Below are positions 23,643 to 36,622 of a stretch of DNA of 64,000 nt, one piece after another. A program made the translations under genes and the position numbers. Position 1 is the stretch's first letter. Each line of letters starts with the position of its first letter. Source of the DNA: Octopus sinensis. Lineage: Eukaryota. The stretch is from NCBI RefSeq assembly GCF_006345805.1, contig NC_043017.1:17298001-17362000 (forward strand), in the 5' to 3' direction. The notes beneath the pieces are model-generated. The model saw only the letters and a program-made list of their open reading frames with translations, searched no databases and was not told the DNA's origin.

Positions 23643-24129
23643 TACACTTCATGCACAATATAAGGATTCAACCAAGCCGGTGATGCTCATAAAAAAGCTC
23701 TTTTAATGGATCAGGCTAGAAACCACATAGTAAACCACAACACAACAAATAGATGGAATGTATAGTCAGATGCAGTTGAAATATGATAAATCCAGTTAGT
23801 AATGATTATTTCATTAAGAGTGCAAAAATAATTTATCTATTTTTTATAGACAAAAATGAATAGTTCTTATATAATAATATGATAAAGACTGCAAAACAAT
23901 TGTCAGTATATGGATGTCAATTGGAGAAATATATATTTTCATCTTATGCCTACTTTTTTTTCTATATACACACACATACAAACACTCACACACATACACA
24001 CACGCGCATACACACACACTAACACACACACACATACAAACACTCACACACACACATTATTTGTTTGGCTCAAATATTTTTCTCTCACCAGATGGAGTAC
24101 TTGTTTTGTTTAATTTTCTATCAGGGATC

Positions 24130-24180
24130 AGAACATTATATGTATATATATGTATATATATATATATATATAATATATAT

Positions 24181-24212
<32 letters not shown>

Positions 24213-24232
24213 CATATATATACATATATATT

Positions 24233-24283
<51 letters not shown>

Positions 24284-24313
24284 CATATATATACATATAT
24301 ATACATATATAAC

Positions 24314-24345
<32 letters not shown>

Positions 24346-24362
24346 TACATATATATATATAC

Positions 24363-24397
<35 letters not shown>

Positions 24398-24403
24398 GAT
24401 ATA

Positions 24404-24435
<32 letters not shown>
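24130..24435. repeat. (TA)n microsatellite
   Basis: Direct inspection. Confidence 0.95.
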
Positions 24436-24436
<1 letters not shown>

Positions 24437-24859
24437 CTAGCTCTATATATCTGTGTATCTTTTACAATACATTATGTACCCCCGTAAGGTCGCACGTGCT
24501 CTAACCCTCTTCACATCTTCATCCCAGCCATCTTCATTATTCTAAAACACGTTTAGTCAACTTACATTTAAACATTGCAGGACAATGTTATTGTTGTTGT
24601 CACTCTTGTTGTTGCCATTGTCGTCGTTGTTGTTGTTGTTGTTGTTGTTGTTGCTGTTGTCTCTCATTTTTCTTTTTTAACGCTAGAATTTCCTTTTGAT
24701 CTAATTCGGTACTTTTTTCTTTGTCTTGTTTTGTACCGTTTCCTTTTCTTTTCTTTTTTTTTCTGCTATCCTTTTTCTCTGGGGCTTACTAAAAGGTGAA
24801 AGAGTAAACCCGTAACCCTTTATGGAGTTCTTCTTCATAATGTACAAAATGGAGAGTAG

Positions 24860-25210
24860 TAGAAGGAAAGTTAGCCTTATAAGAACGACCCGGTGGACCG
24901 AATGCTCGCAGGATTCAGGAGAGTGACCCCCGCTAAAGGCACCTAACGTCCAGGTGGTGGAACTAACAAGGTAGTGATATTGAATCTGAATTTACCGAGT
25001 CCCCCGTAATATTCTTGGGACAATACACAGGCCAGGATCATCAAATGAATGTAGGGGTAGCAACGAAAGACCCTAATCTGGTCCTAATCCATGATCCTTC
25101 GTTTGGTTGATAAATCCATAACGACCACTGCCACTACTCAATTTTTCCAGGCTTCATGACGACCAAAATTCTGCTTCGAACATCAACGGAGCCCTTAGAG
25201 TATTCCATTC
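24860..25210. mobile_element. Unclassified dispersed repeat; terminal ~90 bp also at 31040-31135
   Basis: Shared GGCTTCA(T/C)GACGACCAAAAT..CGAACATCAACGGAGCCCTTAG(A/G)GTATTCCATTCAC. Confidence 0.65.
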
Positions 25211-25211
25211 A

Positions 25212-25385
25212 CTCATACAAACACACGTGTGAAGGCGCGTGGCTTAGTGGTTAGGGTATTCGGATCATGATCGTAGAGTTGCGAGTTCGATTCTCGGCGG
25301 CGCGTTGTGTCCTTGAGCAAGACACTTTATTTCACGTTGCTCCAGTCCACCCACCTGGCAAAAATGAGTAGTACCAGTATTTCAA
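25212..25385 (+). mobile_element. SINE family D (tRNA head plus CORE-like body), truncated by a family-B insertion
   Basis: A-box TGGCTTAGTGG, B-box GAGTTCGATTC, GTGTCCTTGAGCAAGACACTT; ends GTACCAGTATTTCAAAG. Confidence 0.8.
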
Positions 25386-25404
25386 AGAGCTATATATATA
25401 TATG

Positions 25405-25812
25405 CGTGGGACTGGCTGTGTGGTAAGTAGTTTGCTTACTAACCACATGGTTCTGGGTTCAGTCCCACTGCGTCGCACCTTGGGCAAGTGTCTTCTACTA
25501 TAGCCTCGGGCTGACTAGAGCCTTGTGAGTGGATTTGGTAGACGGAAACTGAAAGAAGCCAGTTGTATATATGTATATATATATATGTATGTATGTATGT
25601 GTGTATATGTTTGTGTGTCTGTGTTTGTCCTCCCAACATCGCTTGACAACCGATGCTGGTGTGTTTACGTCCCCGTTATCTAGCGGTTCGGCAAAAGAGA
25701 CAGATAGAATATGTACAGGGCTTACAAAAATAAGTCCTGCGGTCGATTTGCTCGACTAAGGGCAGTGATCCAGCATGGCTACAGACAAATGACTGAAACA
25801 AGTAAAAAAAAA
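25405..25812 (+). mobile_element. SINE family B, full length
   Basis: GGCTGTGTGGTAAG..GGGTTCAGTCCCACTGCGTCGCACCTTGGGCAAGTGTCTT..GACTGAAACAAGTAAAA. Confidence 0.92.
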
Positions 25813-26597
25813 AGAGTATATATGAATAGGTTATGAAAAATTATAGAGATGAATTTTTCGAAAACAAAAAATAAATAAACAGCGTGGGGGCTCAATTTAT
25901 TGATTTTGCAGTTTGCCTTCTCTTTGAGAAGGCATGTTCCAAGATCAATAATATTCCTCATCAAAGCTGACACATATCTAAATACAGAAGGCATATATTA
26001 GCCATTATAAGTATGTGAACACGTGTACATAGAAACATATAAATGCGAAGTAAACACCATAAAGGATCCTAGGAAAGTGTATATAGGAATAGAACACATT
26101 TAAACTCGTTTATAAATAAAGTATCTAAAAAATTAAAGGCCCTGGCTATTTATATCAATAAATTAAAAAATAGTAATAGTAAATACGCTTTAAAGTGGCC
26201 TATTATGTGTGAATCCACTCCTTATAATACTCATACAAAAGTTTGGAAATTATGCATCAAGTAGGCCATTAGCATACTTCGAACGGACAAAAAATTATTG
26301 CTTAACAAGATCTCGGAGTGTTTGATCTCATGTTGACATAACTACTTTTCCACTTTAAAATTATTTTCAGTATAATAATTATATAATCTAGATATTTTAA
26401 TCAGCTTATCCCACCAAATTTTGAACTCGTCCTAGTTTATATTCGCACATATCTCATGAACTAGCTAAAAATATAAATTTTGTATTGGGGGGTATTTTTT
26501 TTTATAGTTCTACACTTTGAACATTCTTCCAACGAAATGGAATACTGGGATTTATGAAATTTTTATACTTGTATATAATTACTGTATATTCTTAAAC

Positions 26598-26954
26598 GGA
26601 GGCGTAATGGCCCGTAGGATCGCGGTTTCGATTCCCAGGCCGGGCGTTGTGAGTGTTTATTGGGCGAAAACACCTTAAGCTCCATGAGGTTCCGGCAGGG
26701 ATGGTGGTGATCCCTGCTGTACTCTTTCACCACAACTTTCTCTTACTCTTACTTCCTGTTTCTGTTGTACCTGTATTTCAAGGGGCCGGCCTTGTCACTC
26801 TCTGTGTCACGCTGAATATCCCCGAGAACTACGTTAAGGGTACACGTGTCTGTGGAGTGCTCAGCCACTTACACGTTAATTTCACGAGCAGGCTGTTCTG
26901 TTGGTCGGATCAACCGGAACCCTCATCGTCGTAACCGACGGAGTGCTTCCATCC
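26598..26954 (+). mobile_element. SINE family E with 12-bp TSD
   Basis: TSD ATATTCTTAAAC at 26586-26597 and 26955-26966; B-box GTTTCGATTCC; A-box region appears deleted; 3' module shared with 45010-45152. Confidence 0.85.
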
Positions 26955-26999
26955 ATATTCTTAAACATATTTTTCATTTTACAATCCAACGAATAATTT

Positions 27000-27400
27000 T
27001 ATGATTCTGTTTAAAAATTTCAAATCCGTACACCCTCTGATAACTCACGGATGGTGATTCGACGATTTCCTCTCACAGCTGCAGGCACATCTGCGATGTT
27101 TTTCTCAGTTCTGCTGGTTGTGGGTCTCCCAGAACTTTTGTCACTATCGATATTTTCCCTGCTATCTTGGAAATGTCTAAACCACTCGTACACTTGTTTG
27201 CGACTCATAGAATCCTCCCCATACACTTTCTGCAACTTTGCGTTGGCCTCTGAGCAGTTACCGCCATGACAAGTTTCTGTGTCATGGTCAATGCAACGAT
27301 CACACACTACACACCTTCCTTCCAAGCACTGTTGTAAATAGCGGAATTGAGCCAGAACGTTAAAACTTAGTGTGCATGCACAGCAACGTTGAAGATCAAT
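27000..27400 (-). mobile_element. mariner transposase N-terminal HTH fragment
   Basis: EANAKLQKVYGEDSMSRKQVYEWFRHFQDSRENIDSDKSSGRPTTSRTEKNIADV..NRRITIRELSE. Confidence 0.9.
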
Positions 27401-27469
27401 CTTTGCCAAGCGGCTTCACTCTGTGTGCTTTAGCTTCGTTACTATGGCAACATTGCAGTACAAATACGT

Positions 27470-27815
27470 ACCCATTTATGTATTTACACATACACACATA
27501 CATACACACATATACACACATGCACGCACATATATGCATACACATGTAAGCTTGCATGTATATATGTGTGCGAGTATGTATGCATGTACATACATACAAT
27601 ACATATAGATACATCCCACATGCATGCGTACATACATACATACACTTAATAATACACTCATACATAGATGCATACATACATACATACATACATACATACA
27701 TACAAACATACATACGTACACAAGCATATACATATACACATGTACACATACACGCACACACCTATACGCATATACATGCAAACATACATACATTGACAGA
27801 CAGACACACTCGTAC
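27470..27815. repeat. Degenerate (CA)n/(TACA)n microsatellite
   Basis: Direct inspection. Confidence 0.9.
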
Positions 27816-28314
27816 ATCCAAAGAAGGAGGGGAAGATATTTCTGTATAGCTTTTCTAATATTTTAACGGATCTAATCGATTGATTACCGGCCTTGAGTTG
27901 CTTCAATGACTAAGAGATTAATTCGCTTGTGGGGGTTGGAAGTTTTATGAAGAAATTAGTGACGATAACATGGTGTGCTGTATAGAGATGAGGTAAAACG
28001 TACTCCTTAATTCCTAGTTTTGTTTATTTAATATGCATAAAAATATCAAGAGCATGTGAAAACAATATAAAAGATGTTTGTAATATTGGTTTGTATGCTG
28101 GACGAATATATTTATAGCTGTAAGCGTCAGATACGTACAGGGACAGATGTTTACACATGTACACAACACATATGCATACATACCTGTATATAATATATAT
28201 ATATATATATATATACACACATGTATACGTGCATTCATACATACACACACACACACACACATACACACACACATATATATATACCTATATATATATATAT
28301 ATATATATAAATGA

Positions 28315-28353
<39 letters not shown>

Positions 28354-28508
28354 ACGAGAAAGAGTTGGGGGATAAAGAGAGAGAAAGTAGTCCGAGAAAG
28401 ACAAAGAGGCGGGTGCTATACAAGGAGACAGTATGTAAGTATCAATATATACACACACGCTCTCTCTCTCTCTCCCTCTCTCTCTTTCGCTCTCTCAAAC
28501 ACACACAA

Positions 28509-28553
<45 letters not shown>

Positions 28554-28814
28554 TAGACATGCATACATAGTTATAAGATAAATAGAAATATGTAAGTACG
28601 CACATACACATACATACTTCTATATGTATATATCATGGTATATTTAACTATTTCCTTCGTAGATTGAAAAAATGACAAACAGCCTGAATCTATTTTCGAA
28701 TCTTATTGAGTTCTCATCAGTACTCATCAGTATAAGTATTTAACACTTTAATATCAGCGGCCTGTCAACGGGGATCTCAGTCCACATAGTATCACAGTAT
28801 GATATAACATTAGT

Positions 28815-29020
28815 TTCCGATTTTGGCATAAGACCAGTAATTTGAGGGAGGGGTAAGTCGATTGCATCGACCCCAATACTCCACTGGTAGTTATTTTATC
28901 GACCCCGAAAGGATAAAAGTAAAGCCGACTCCGGCATAATTTGAACTCAGAACGTAAAGACGGACGAAATGCCGCTCAGCATTTCCCCGACGTACTAACA
29001 ATTCTACCAGCTCGCCGCCT
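28815..29020 (-). mobile_element. SINE family A (A2 tail)
   Basis: TTTTGGCATAAGACCAG..AAGTCGATTGCATCGACCCC..CCAGCTCGCCGCC. Confidence 0.88.
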
Positions 29021-29264
29021 TAAAGTTGCAAATTATCATAGTTTATTACTATTATAATAGTAGTAGAGATACAAAGATGGCAAATATATATATGTGTATG
29101 TAGGTATGTATTTGTGCTTCGCTGTATGTTTTAAAATAAGAACTGAACACCAAGTACTCAATACATAGAGTGGATGTGTTAACTTATTAAGTAAATGACG
29201 CTTACCTGACCAGTCATGTTTTAGCCACTTTAAAATTAATCGAAAGAAGCTTAAATTTTTTTCT

Positions 29265-29655
29265 ACTCTAGGCACAAGGCCCGAATTTTTGTGGGAGGGA
29301 GGCAGTCGATTAGATCGACTCCAGTACACAGCTGGTACTTAATTTATCGACATCGAAAGGATAAAAAGCAAAGTTGACCTCGGCGGAATTCGAACTCAGA
29401 ACGTAACGGCAGACGAAATACCTATTTCTTTACTACCCACAAGGGGCTAAACACACAGAGGACAAACAAGGAGAGACAAACGGATTAAGTCGATTATATC
29501 GACCCCAGTGCGTAACTCGTACTTATTTTAATCGACCCCGGAAGGATGAAGGGCAAAGTCGACCTCGGCGGGATTCGAACTGAGAACGTAACGGCAGACG
29601 AAATACCGCCAAGCATTTCTCCCAGCGTGCTAACGTTTCTGCCAGCTCGCCGCCT
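29265..29655 (-). mobile_element. SINE family A chimeric dimer (full A1 joined to the 3' part of an A2 copy)
   Basis: Junction on the minus strand reads AGTAAAGAAATAGGTATTTCGTCTGCCG (about 29407-29434); the left unit has the A2 tail and the right unit the A1 tail. Confidence 0.9.
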
Positions 29656-30098
29656 TGAACAAACGAAACTTAAATTGAAACAGGACAATTCTCGTTAATG
29701 TCACTTGTAATACATACATGTGTGGTGTGTGTGTGTCTGCGTGTGTGTGTCTGTGTGTAAATGTATATATGTATTCACATACATGTAAACATGTATACAT
29801 GTATATATTTCTACACATATGCGTGTGTATGTGTATATATTATATGCATATATACATCCTATTTTACCTTACTTTTATGTTTCAGGTCTTAAGAAAGGCT
29901 TTCTTTATTCTGTGTTATTTACGTTGTTTTAATTTTTTATATTAGGATATCATTAGTATGGCTTATTAAGCAACACTTATTACTATTATTTAGTGAAACA
30001 CGTTGCAGATTAGCATAAAGTTGAGCTGTCAACGTTTCAGTCTTGCTTTACCGCCCAAAATACACGTTCATCTCTGTATTTCTCTTTCTCTCCACGCT

Positions 30099-30160
<62 letters not shown>

Positions 30161-30274
30161 ACAAAACTCCTTTTTCTTTTTTCTATACCCTCCATCGATG
30201 TCTGTCTGTCCCACGCTGCTGCTCTCTCTCTCTCTCTCTTTCTATTTATCTATCTATCTATTTATTTTTCTCTA

Positions 30275-30625
30275 TTAGGAGTGGCTGTGTGGTAAGTAGC
30301 ATGCTTACCAACCATATGGTTCTGGGTTCAGCCCTGCTGCATGGCACATTGGCAAGTGTCGACCAAAGCATTGAGAGTGGATTTGGTAGACGGAAACTAA
30401 AAAGAAGCCCGTCATATATGTGTGTTTGTGTTTGTCCCGCCCACCGTCGCTTGACAACCGCTGTTGGTGTGTTTACGTCCCCGTAACTTAGCGTTTTGTC
30501 AAAAGAGACCGAAGGATAAGTACTAGGCTTACAAGGAATAAGTCCAGGGATCGATTTGTTCGACTAAAAAGCGGTGCCCCAGCATGGCCGCAGTCAAATG
30601 ACTGAAACATGTAAAAGACTGAAAG
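30275..30625 (+). mobile_element. SINE family B with internal deletion
   Basis: GGAGTGGCTGTGTGGTAAG..GGCACATTGGCAAGTGTC|GACCAAAGC..CAGCATGGCCGCAGTCAAATGACTGAAAC. Confidence 0.88.
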
Positions 30626-31769
30626 CATATCTCTTTCTCTCGCTTTGTCTCTCTCTTTCTCACTCTCTCTCTGCATCTAATTTTCTTTTTATATCTCTCT
30701 CTCTCTCACTCTCTTTCTGGTTACATCTATGTCTTTGTTTCTTCCTTTCCTTCTTTCTCTCTCCCTCTCTCCCTCCCCACCTCCCTCTTCCCTAAGTGCC
30801 CCTAATTCCCCAATCAATCCTCATCCATCATCAACATTCTTAATCCTTCACTCAAATCATTTTTACATTCTTACCCATTAACGTTTGTCTCCTTCATTAA
30901 CAAGTGTCGGTTTACATCACTGATTCCCCCCACCACCACCACCACCAGCAACATCGCCATCACCACCGTCGACATTACCATCACCACTACCACCATCACC
31001 ACCACCACCATCACCACCACCATTATCATCATCTCCACCACCACCGCCACTGCTCTATTCCGCCTGGCTTCACGACGACCAAAATCCTGCAGGACTGTCG
31101 AACATCAACGGAGCCCTTAGGGTATTCCATTCACACACACACACACACACACATCAAAATCTGAATTCAATCCTTGGGATTAAGTCCCCGGGTACTAGTG
31201 GTAGACGAGTATAGAAATGTGAAGCAGCCATGATTTTCCTTGAAATTCCATGACAAACCACAACTCACTTTATAATTCTAGAATTCAGAAATGGCTCTCT
31301 GTCTGTCTATCTATCGATCCTATATCTTTGTGCGTCTTACCTATACTCATGGAAGAAGCGAACACTAAGTCATGAGCACAACTAAGTAACCCAAACGCAT
31401 TCAAAATAGAAACTCTCTAGCACACCTCGAGACACGTGCGATTCGAACCGAAAAACTCTCGTAAAGTGCGAGAGTCCGGAAGCGAACACTATTAAATTAA
31501 CATCTAATTTAGGAAAAAAATTTTCGAAAGAAATTCTATCAATGGCCAGCATATTAAAAAATACCTTTAAAGGTTAAATTTATAAACAATTTATAAGTAA
31601 GTGCAAAAGAAAAAAATTCTAATGCCAAAATATGCCGAAAATGGACACAACGTCTATAACCATGTAATTTATCACTATAAGCACGTATTTGGGGTACTTA
31701 GTTGTGCTCATGACTTAGTGTTCGCTTCTTCCATGTGTATAGGTAAGTATTCCACTTATTTCTTTACCG

Positions 31770-31970
31770 CATTTATCAAGGATAGTACAGCTAGCAATTA
31801 TAGACCAATTACTTGCTTACCATTAGTGTAAAGCTGTTAACAAGAATGCTTTCAGAAAGCATTTAAGAGCATCTTGACAACCAGAATTTACTACCAGAAT
31901 TTACTACCAGAAAAGAAAGGTTGTAAGAATAAGGATAGAAGAACGCATGATCTATTATACATAGTTCAAA
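31770..31970 (+). mobile_element. R4/Dong-like non-LTR RT N-terminal fragment
   Basis: ASNYRPITCLPLV*KLLTRMLSES..HLDNQNLL(dup)PEKKGCKNKDRRTHDLLYI, matching the RT motif NYRPITCL..K.LT..LLP.EQKGC. An 11-bp duplication CCAGAATTTACTA lies inside. Confidence 0.8.
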
Positions 31971-32188
31971 TTTCGCCGATGTCAGCTTTGGTAGTCGTTC
32001 ATATGGAGTCGATAAAACAAGTACCAGTCGAGTACTGGGGTCGATGTAATCGGCTTGTCTCTTAACCTCCAAAAATACTAGCCTTGAGCCCTGTAACAGA
32101 TCACCACCCCGTTCGTGAAAATCCAATAACCAACCATATGTATGTGTGTGACAGAGGCAGTATTAATACAGATAGGTAATAGTTAATC

Positions 32189-32415
32189 TCGGCAGAAACG
32201 TTAGCACGCCGGGCGAAATGCTTAGCGGTATTTCGTCTGCGTTACGTTGTGAGTTCAAATTCCGCCGAGGTCGACTTTGCCTTTCATTCTTTCGGGGTCG
32301 ATAAATTAAGTACCAGTTACGCACTGGGGTCGATGTAATCGACTTAATACCCGTGTCTGTCCTTGTTTGTCCCCTCTGTGTTTAGCCCCTTGTGGGTAAT
32401 AAAGAAATAGGTAAT
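32189..32415 (+). mobile_element. SINE family A (A1) with 17-bp TSD
   Basis: TSD ATAGGTAATAGTTAATC at 32172-32188 and 32407-32423, overlapping the SINE tail. Confidence 0.95.
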
Positions 32416-32451
32416 AGTTAATCCTTCTTAAACGTGGACGTTCTGTCTGTG

Positions 32452-32643
32452 CAAACTTTACTGCAGTACCTACCATTAGAGAAACTATCATATAGGCTTT
32501 TGGTGCAAAATGCCCACTTGTTTATATCGGTAGCGTAGGAGATAAATTCCCATCAACTCCAGCACCAACAGAAATAGGCGTGCAGTTTGCACTAAACGAC
32601 TCTATGGCAGTTCCCCTAATGGTATCTACTGCAGTGAAGTTTG
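32452..32643. mobile_element. Degenerate inverted repeat / MITE remnant with ~60-bp arms
   Basis: 32452-32510 is about 75% identical by eye to the reverse complement of 32585-32643. Confidence 0.65.
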
Positions 32644-33064
32644 TTCTAACACAACATCCGCGTTCAAGTGGGGGTTAAATATTACCTCTCTATATACAGA
32701 TATGCATAAATATTTCTTTATATACATGAAAGAAAACAAATAAATATCGAGGAAGTTGTTAAAGCCATTACAGGTTCAATCCCGGGACAACTTACCGTGA
32801 CGTTTTTTTTTTTTTTTTCCCCGTAGTTGAATGGTTGTCGATCTTGATATACCATCCCTAACCTCGCTGTCTCAACATTTCTTCTTAAACGGTGACTCAG
32901 TACAGAACATCACCAATCACATCATCTTTTCCTTTCCCCTCGCTTCCATCTATTTCTCTCATTCTCTCTCTCCCACCTCTCTCTCTTCTATTCCCCTCTC
33001 TCTCTATTGCTCTCTCTCTCTGTTTTCCTTCATACTTCCTTGTTGTTGCAGTTGTAGTTGTAGA

Positions 33065-33120
33065 TGTTACTTAACTGCAGTAGTAGTAGTAGTAGTAGTA
33101 GCAACAACATCGTCATCAAC

Positions 33121-33152
<32 letters not shown>

Positions 33153-33259
33153 CAGTAGTAGTAGTAGTAGTAGTAGTAGTTGTTGTAGTAGTAGTAGTAG
33201 TTGTAGTGGTAGTAGTAGTAGTAGCAACAACATCGTCATCAACAGTAGTAGTAGTAGTT

Positions 33260-33303
<44 letters not shown>

Positions 33304-33370
33304 TGTAGTTGTAGTAGTAGTAGTAGTGGTGGTAGTAGTAGTAGTTGTAGTTGTAGTGGTAGTAGTAGCA
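33065..33370. repeat. (AGT)n compound repeat with a duplicated AGCAACAACATCGTCATCAAC interruption
   Basis: The interruption occurs at about 33100 and 33222. Confidence 0.95.
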
Positions 33371-33784
33371 GTCGGCCCTGTCGATATCTCAGCAGATTTG
33401 ATTCGGTCCATCAAGTTTCGCTTTTAATCAAAATATTGCAGACATTTTGAGGGGGGGAGCAAACGGAGTATAGGAGGAGAGGAGGGGCGGTGATTGAAGG
33501 GACAGGTTGGGAGAAGGTTGGTAAGAGGAGGAGGGGGATGAGGGAGGTCGGATGCAGTGAGGGAAATGACTTCGGAGTGATAGATATATGGTGAGAGATT
33601 AAGTGAGGGAGAGAGAGGGGGGTGTTGAATGAGGGAAGGTGAGAGAGGGTGAGAGATAAATAGAAAAAAAGGATGGTGAGTTTAACGGGAAGAAGCGAGC
33701 ATACATGTATATATATTTACAGATACACACTGTGTGTGTGTGTGTTGTGTGTATGTGTGTGTGTGTGTGTGTGTGCGTGCGTGT

Positions 33785-33955
33785 GTATGCGTGGCCGTGT
33801 GATAAGAAACTTGCTTCCTAACCACATGGTTCCGAGTTCAGTCCTATTGCATGACACCTTGGTCAAGTATCTTCTACTATAGTCTCGGGCTGACCAAAGC
33901 GTTGTGAGTGGATTTGGTATATAGAAACGGAAAGAAGCCCATCTGTGAGTGTGCG
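33785..33955 (+). mobile_element. SINE family B, 5' half
   Basis: GCGTGGCCGTGTGATAAG..GACACCTTGGTCAAGTATCTT..GAAAGAAGCCC. Confidence 0.85.
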
Positions 33956-33974
33956 TGTCTATGTATATACATAC

Positions 33975-34005
<31 letters not shown>

Positions 34006-34018
34006 CATACATACATAT

Positions 34019-34086
<68 letters not shown>

Positions 34087-34093
34087 GTATGTA

Positions 34094-34164
34094 TAGGGGT
34101 CGGACAAAATAATGGAAACACCTTTGAAATTCTAAGGTGTTTCCATTATTTGGTCCGACCCCTC
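34094..34164. mobile_element. 71-bp TIR-only Tc1 MITE
   Basis: 30-bp arms (34095-34124 / 34134-34163, 1 mismatch), 9-nt spacer, TA on both sides. Confidence 0.9.
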
Positions 34165-34289
34165 TATATATATATATATACACTGACATAGGATGTCTCC
34201 GACCCAAAATCTGATAACTCACCTTTCTTTTCTTTTAGATTTGCTCCTTCAGAAATAATGCAAGTGTCAGACTAAGCTTTAAACAAAGG

Positions 34290-35065
34290 AAATGTAAGCT
34301 AAAGTGCTCAGGGAAGTTTGTAAACGCAGTCGAAGTGCATACACAACTTAGGATTGGATTTCAAGCAGATTCACCTACGCGACTTACCATCTCTCGAATT
34401 GCAGATAAGTTTATAAAGCCGATGGCACTGTTCAGAATGTCTGCAAGAAACTTTCTTGAAGATTGCGGACATCAACGATCCCCACAAAACAAGAAAAAGT
34501 TACCAGACACGTATTGCTAGAGTTCGAGAAAATCTTTATGGTGAGCGAGTCGCGTAGAAGATGCGCAAACACCAACAAAGTTTGTTTGGAGTACGTTAGG
34601 CTCAATTAACTGCCACAGTTGCACCTTCTGGGGACCTGAGAATCTGCTTATTACGGAGAAACATAAAGCTAATTTACCTGATGTTACATCATGAAGTGGA
34701 TTATTAGCAAACGGATTAACTGGACCATTCTTTTTTTTTTTTTTCGATAATCTGATTGAGCCCCGTTTACTTGAATTTGCTGTGATAATCTGTTATATCA
34801 GACACTCAAGAGGTCTTTGAAGATGTGGGGTTTTACTCCCAGCAAGATGGGGCATTCCCATACTGCCATAGAAATGTGGGAGCCAACCTTGATGAGACTT
34901 TGCAAGAACGGGTGGATGAAGAGGTTCAATTGAATAGCTTCCACGTTCGCTGAAACTCTCTCTACCAGATTTTTGGGGAATACTTAAAAGATAGAATTTA
35001 CAGTACATAATTGGCAACAGTCGGTGAATTGAGGGCAGCCATTGAATGAGAATGTACAGAGAATA
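34290..35065 (+). mobile_element. rosa/DD41D-like Tc1/mariner transposase pseudogene
   Basis: N-terminal PTRLTISRIADKF.ADGTVQNV..; C-terminal QQDGAFPYCHRNVGANLDETL..RGSIE*LPRS..FWG.LKDRIY..ELRAAIE. Multiple frameshifts; the 41-residue spacing is inferred from the reconstructed motif. Confidence 0.7.
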
Positions 35066-35069
35066 CCAA

Positions 35070-35215
35070 ACAGGAGGAGGAGGAGGAGAAGAAGAAGAAG
35101 AAGAAGAAGAAGAAGAAGAAGAAGATGATGGTGATGGTGGTGGTGGTGGTGGTGGTGGTGAAGAAGATGATGATGATGAAGAAGATGATGATGATGAAGA
35201 TGATGATGATGATGG

Positions 35216-35259
<44 letters not shown>

Positions 35260-35429
35260 TTGGTGAAGAAAATGATGATGATTATGAAGAAGAAGAAGAT
35301 AATGATGATGGTGGTGGTGGTGGTGGTGAAGAAGAAGATGATGATGAAGAAGAAGATGATGATGATGATGAAGATGATGATGATGATGATGATGAAGAAG
35401 AAGAAGAAGAAGAAGAAGAAGAAGAAGAA

Positions 35430-35474
<45 letters not shown>

Positions 35475-35525
35475 AATGAAGAAGAAAACTTTCGTGGGGA
35501 GAGAGAGAGAGAAGAGATAGAGAGA
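35070..35525. repeat. (GAA)n/(GAT)n/(GGT)n compound trinucleotide repeat
   Basis: Direct inspection; source of the 238-aa acidic ORF. Confidence 0.95.
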
Positions 35526-36566
35526 GAAAAAAGAAAAGAGAGCAAAAACGTGGACGAGTCTTTGAACAGGAACTGTTGGTGCCAATACTTGGAAACCTTT
35601 TTTTCACGTACGGCGTTCGAAACATCACCATCAACAGCAGAAGCAGTAGGATCAACACCAGCAGAGGCTGTATTAAAAGGAGTAGTTGTTGCACAAGCGA
35701 GCAAAAGTTCTCCTCCTTCTAAAAACCACAACATACGAATTATCTTCCCTTTCAGTGAATAAATTAATTTAACGTTAATACAACATTCATAAATAACATA
35801 AAAAATAGGTTAAGTTAGCTGCACTAACTTAACCCATTCAGAATTTAGTTTTAATTCTGTTTTATTTTATCTTCATTTTATTTTTATTTCATTGTCGTTC
35901 TCTTTTCCCTTTTCTGATTCTATGAAACATGGTGGCTAGATGTCGCACAATGTCTGTTTATGTTGGCTGTTTGTAATTTTAAATGCATTATAGATTTTGT
36001 TCGTTATGCGTCGTCTTTTTTTTTAATGCTTTTTTATTAAAATTTCTATATTCCTGGCTTTGACTTTTGACTTCGGTTCTCTAAATCCCTCTGAGAATTT
36101 TGACAAAACAAGAACCGGCGGTGATGTATTATCGGGTTTTTCCAATTAAATTTCACACCACCATCACTTACCAATACAACCAGCAGCCTCTTTCCTCTAA
36201 AGCAAGTTCCTGAAAATGGTCGAATACCGAGTCAACACGACTGGAACTGGAATAAATATAAGACGAAAAAAAAAGAGCAATATTTGTTTTGGCGTTTGTA
36301 AGTTTACAGGAAATATTTTTCCTCTACAACTCATCGTACAGACACTCACACATACACTCATAATATGTATGTATGAGCGTGTGTAAGTATATATACATAC
36401 ATACATACACGCACATTACACACATACATATATACATGTATGATTGTGTATATATATATATATATAATATATATATATATAATATATATATATACATATA
36501 TATGCATGCACACACACACACGCACGCACGTACACACACGCAAACACGCACGCACACACACACACG

Positions 36567-36622
<56 letters not shown>

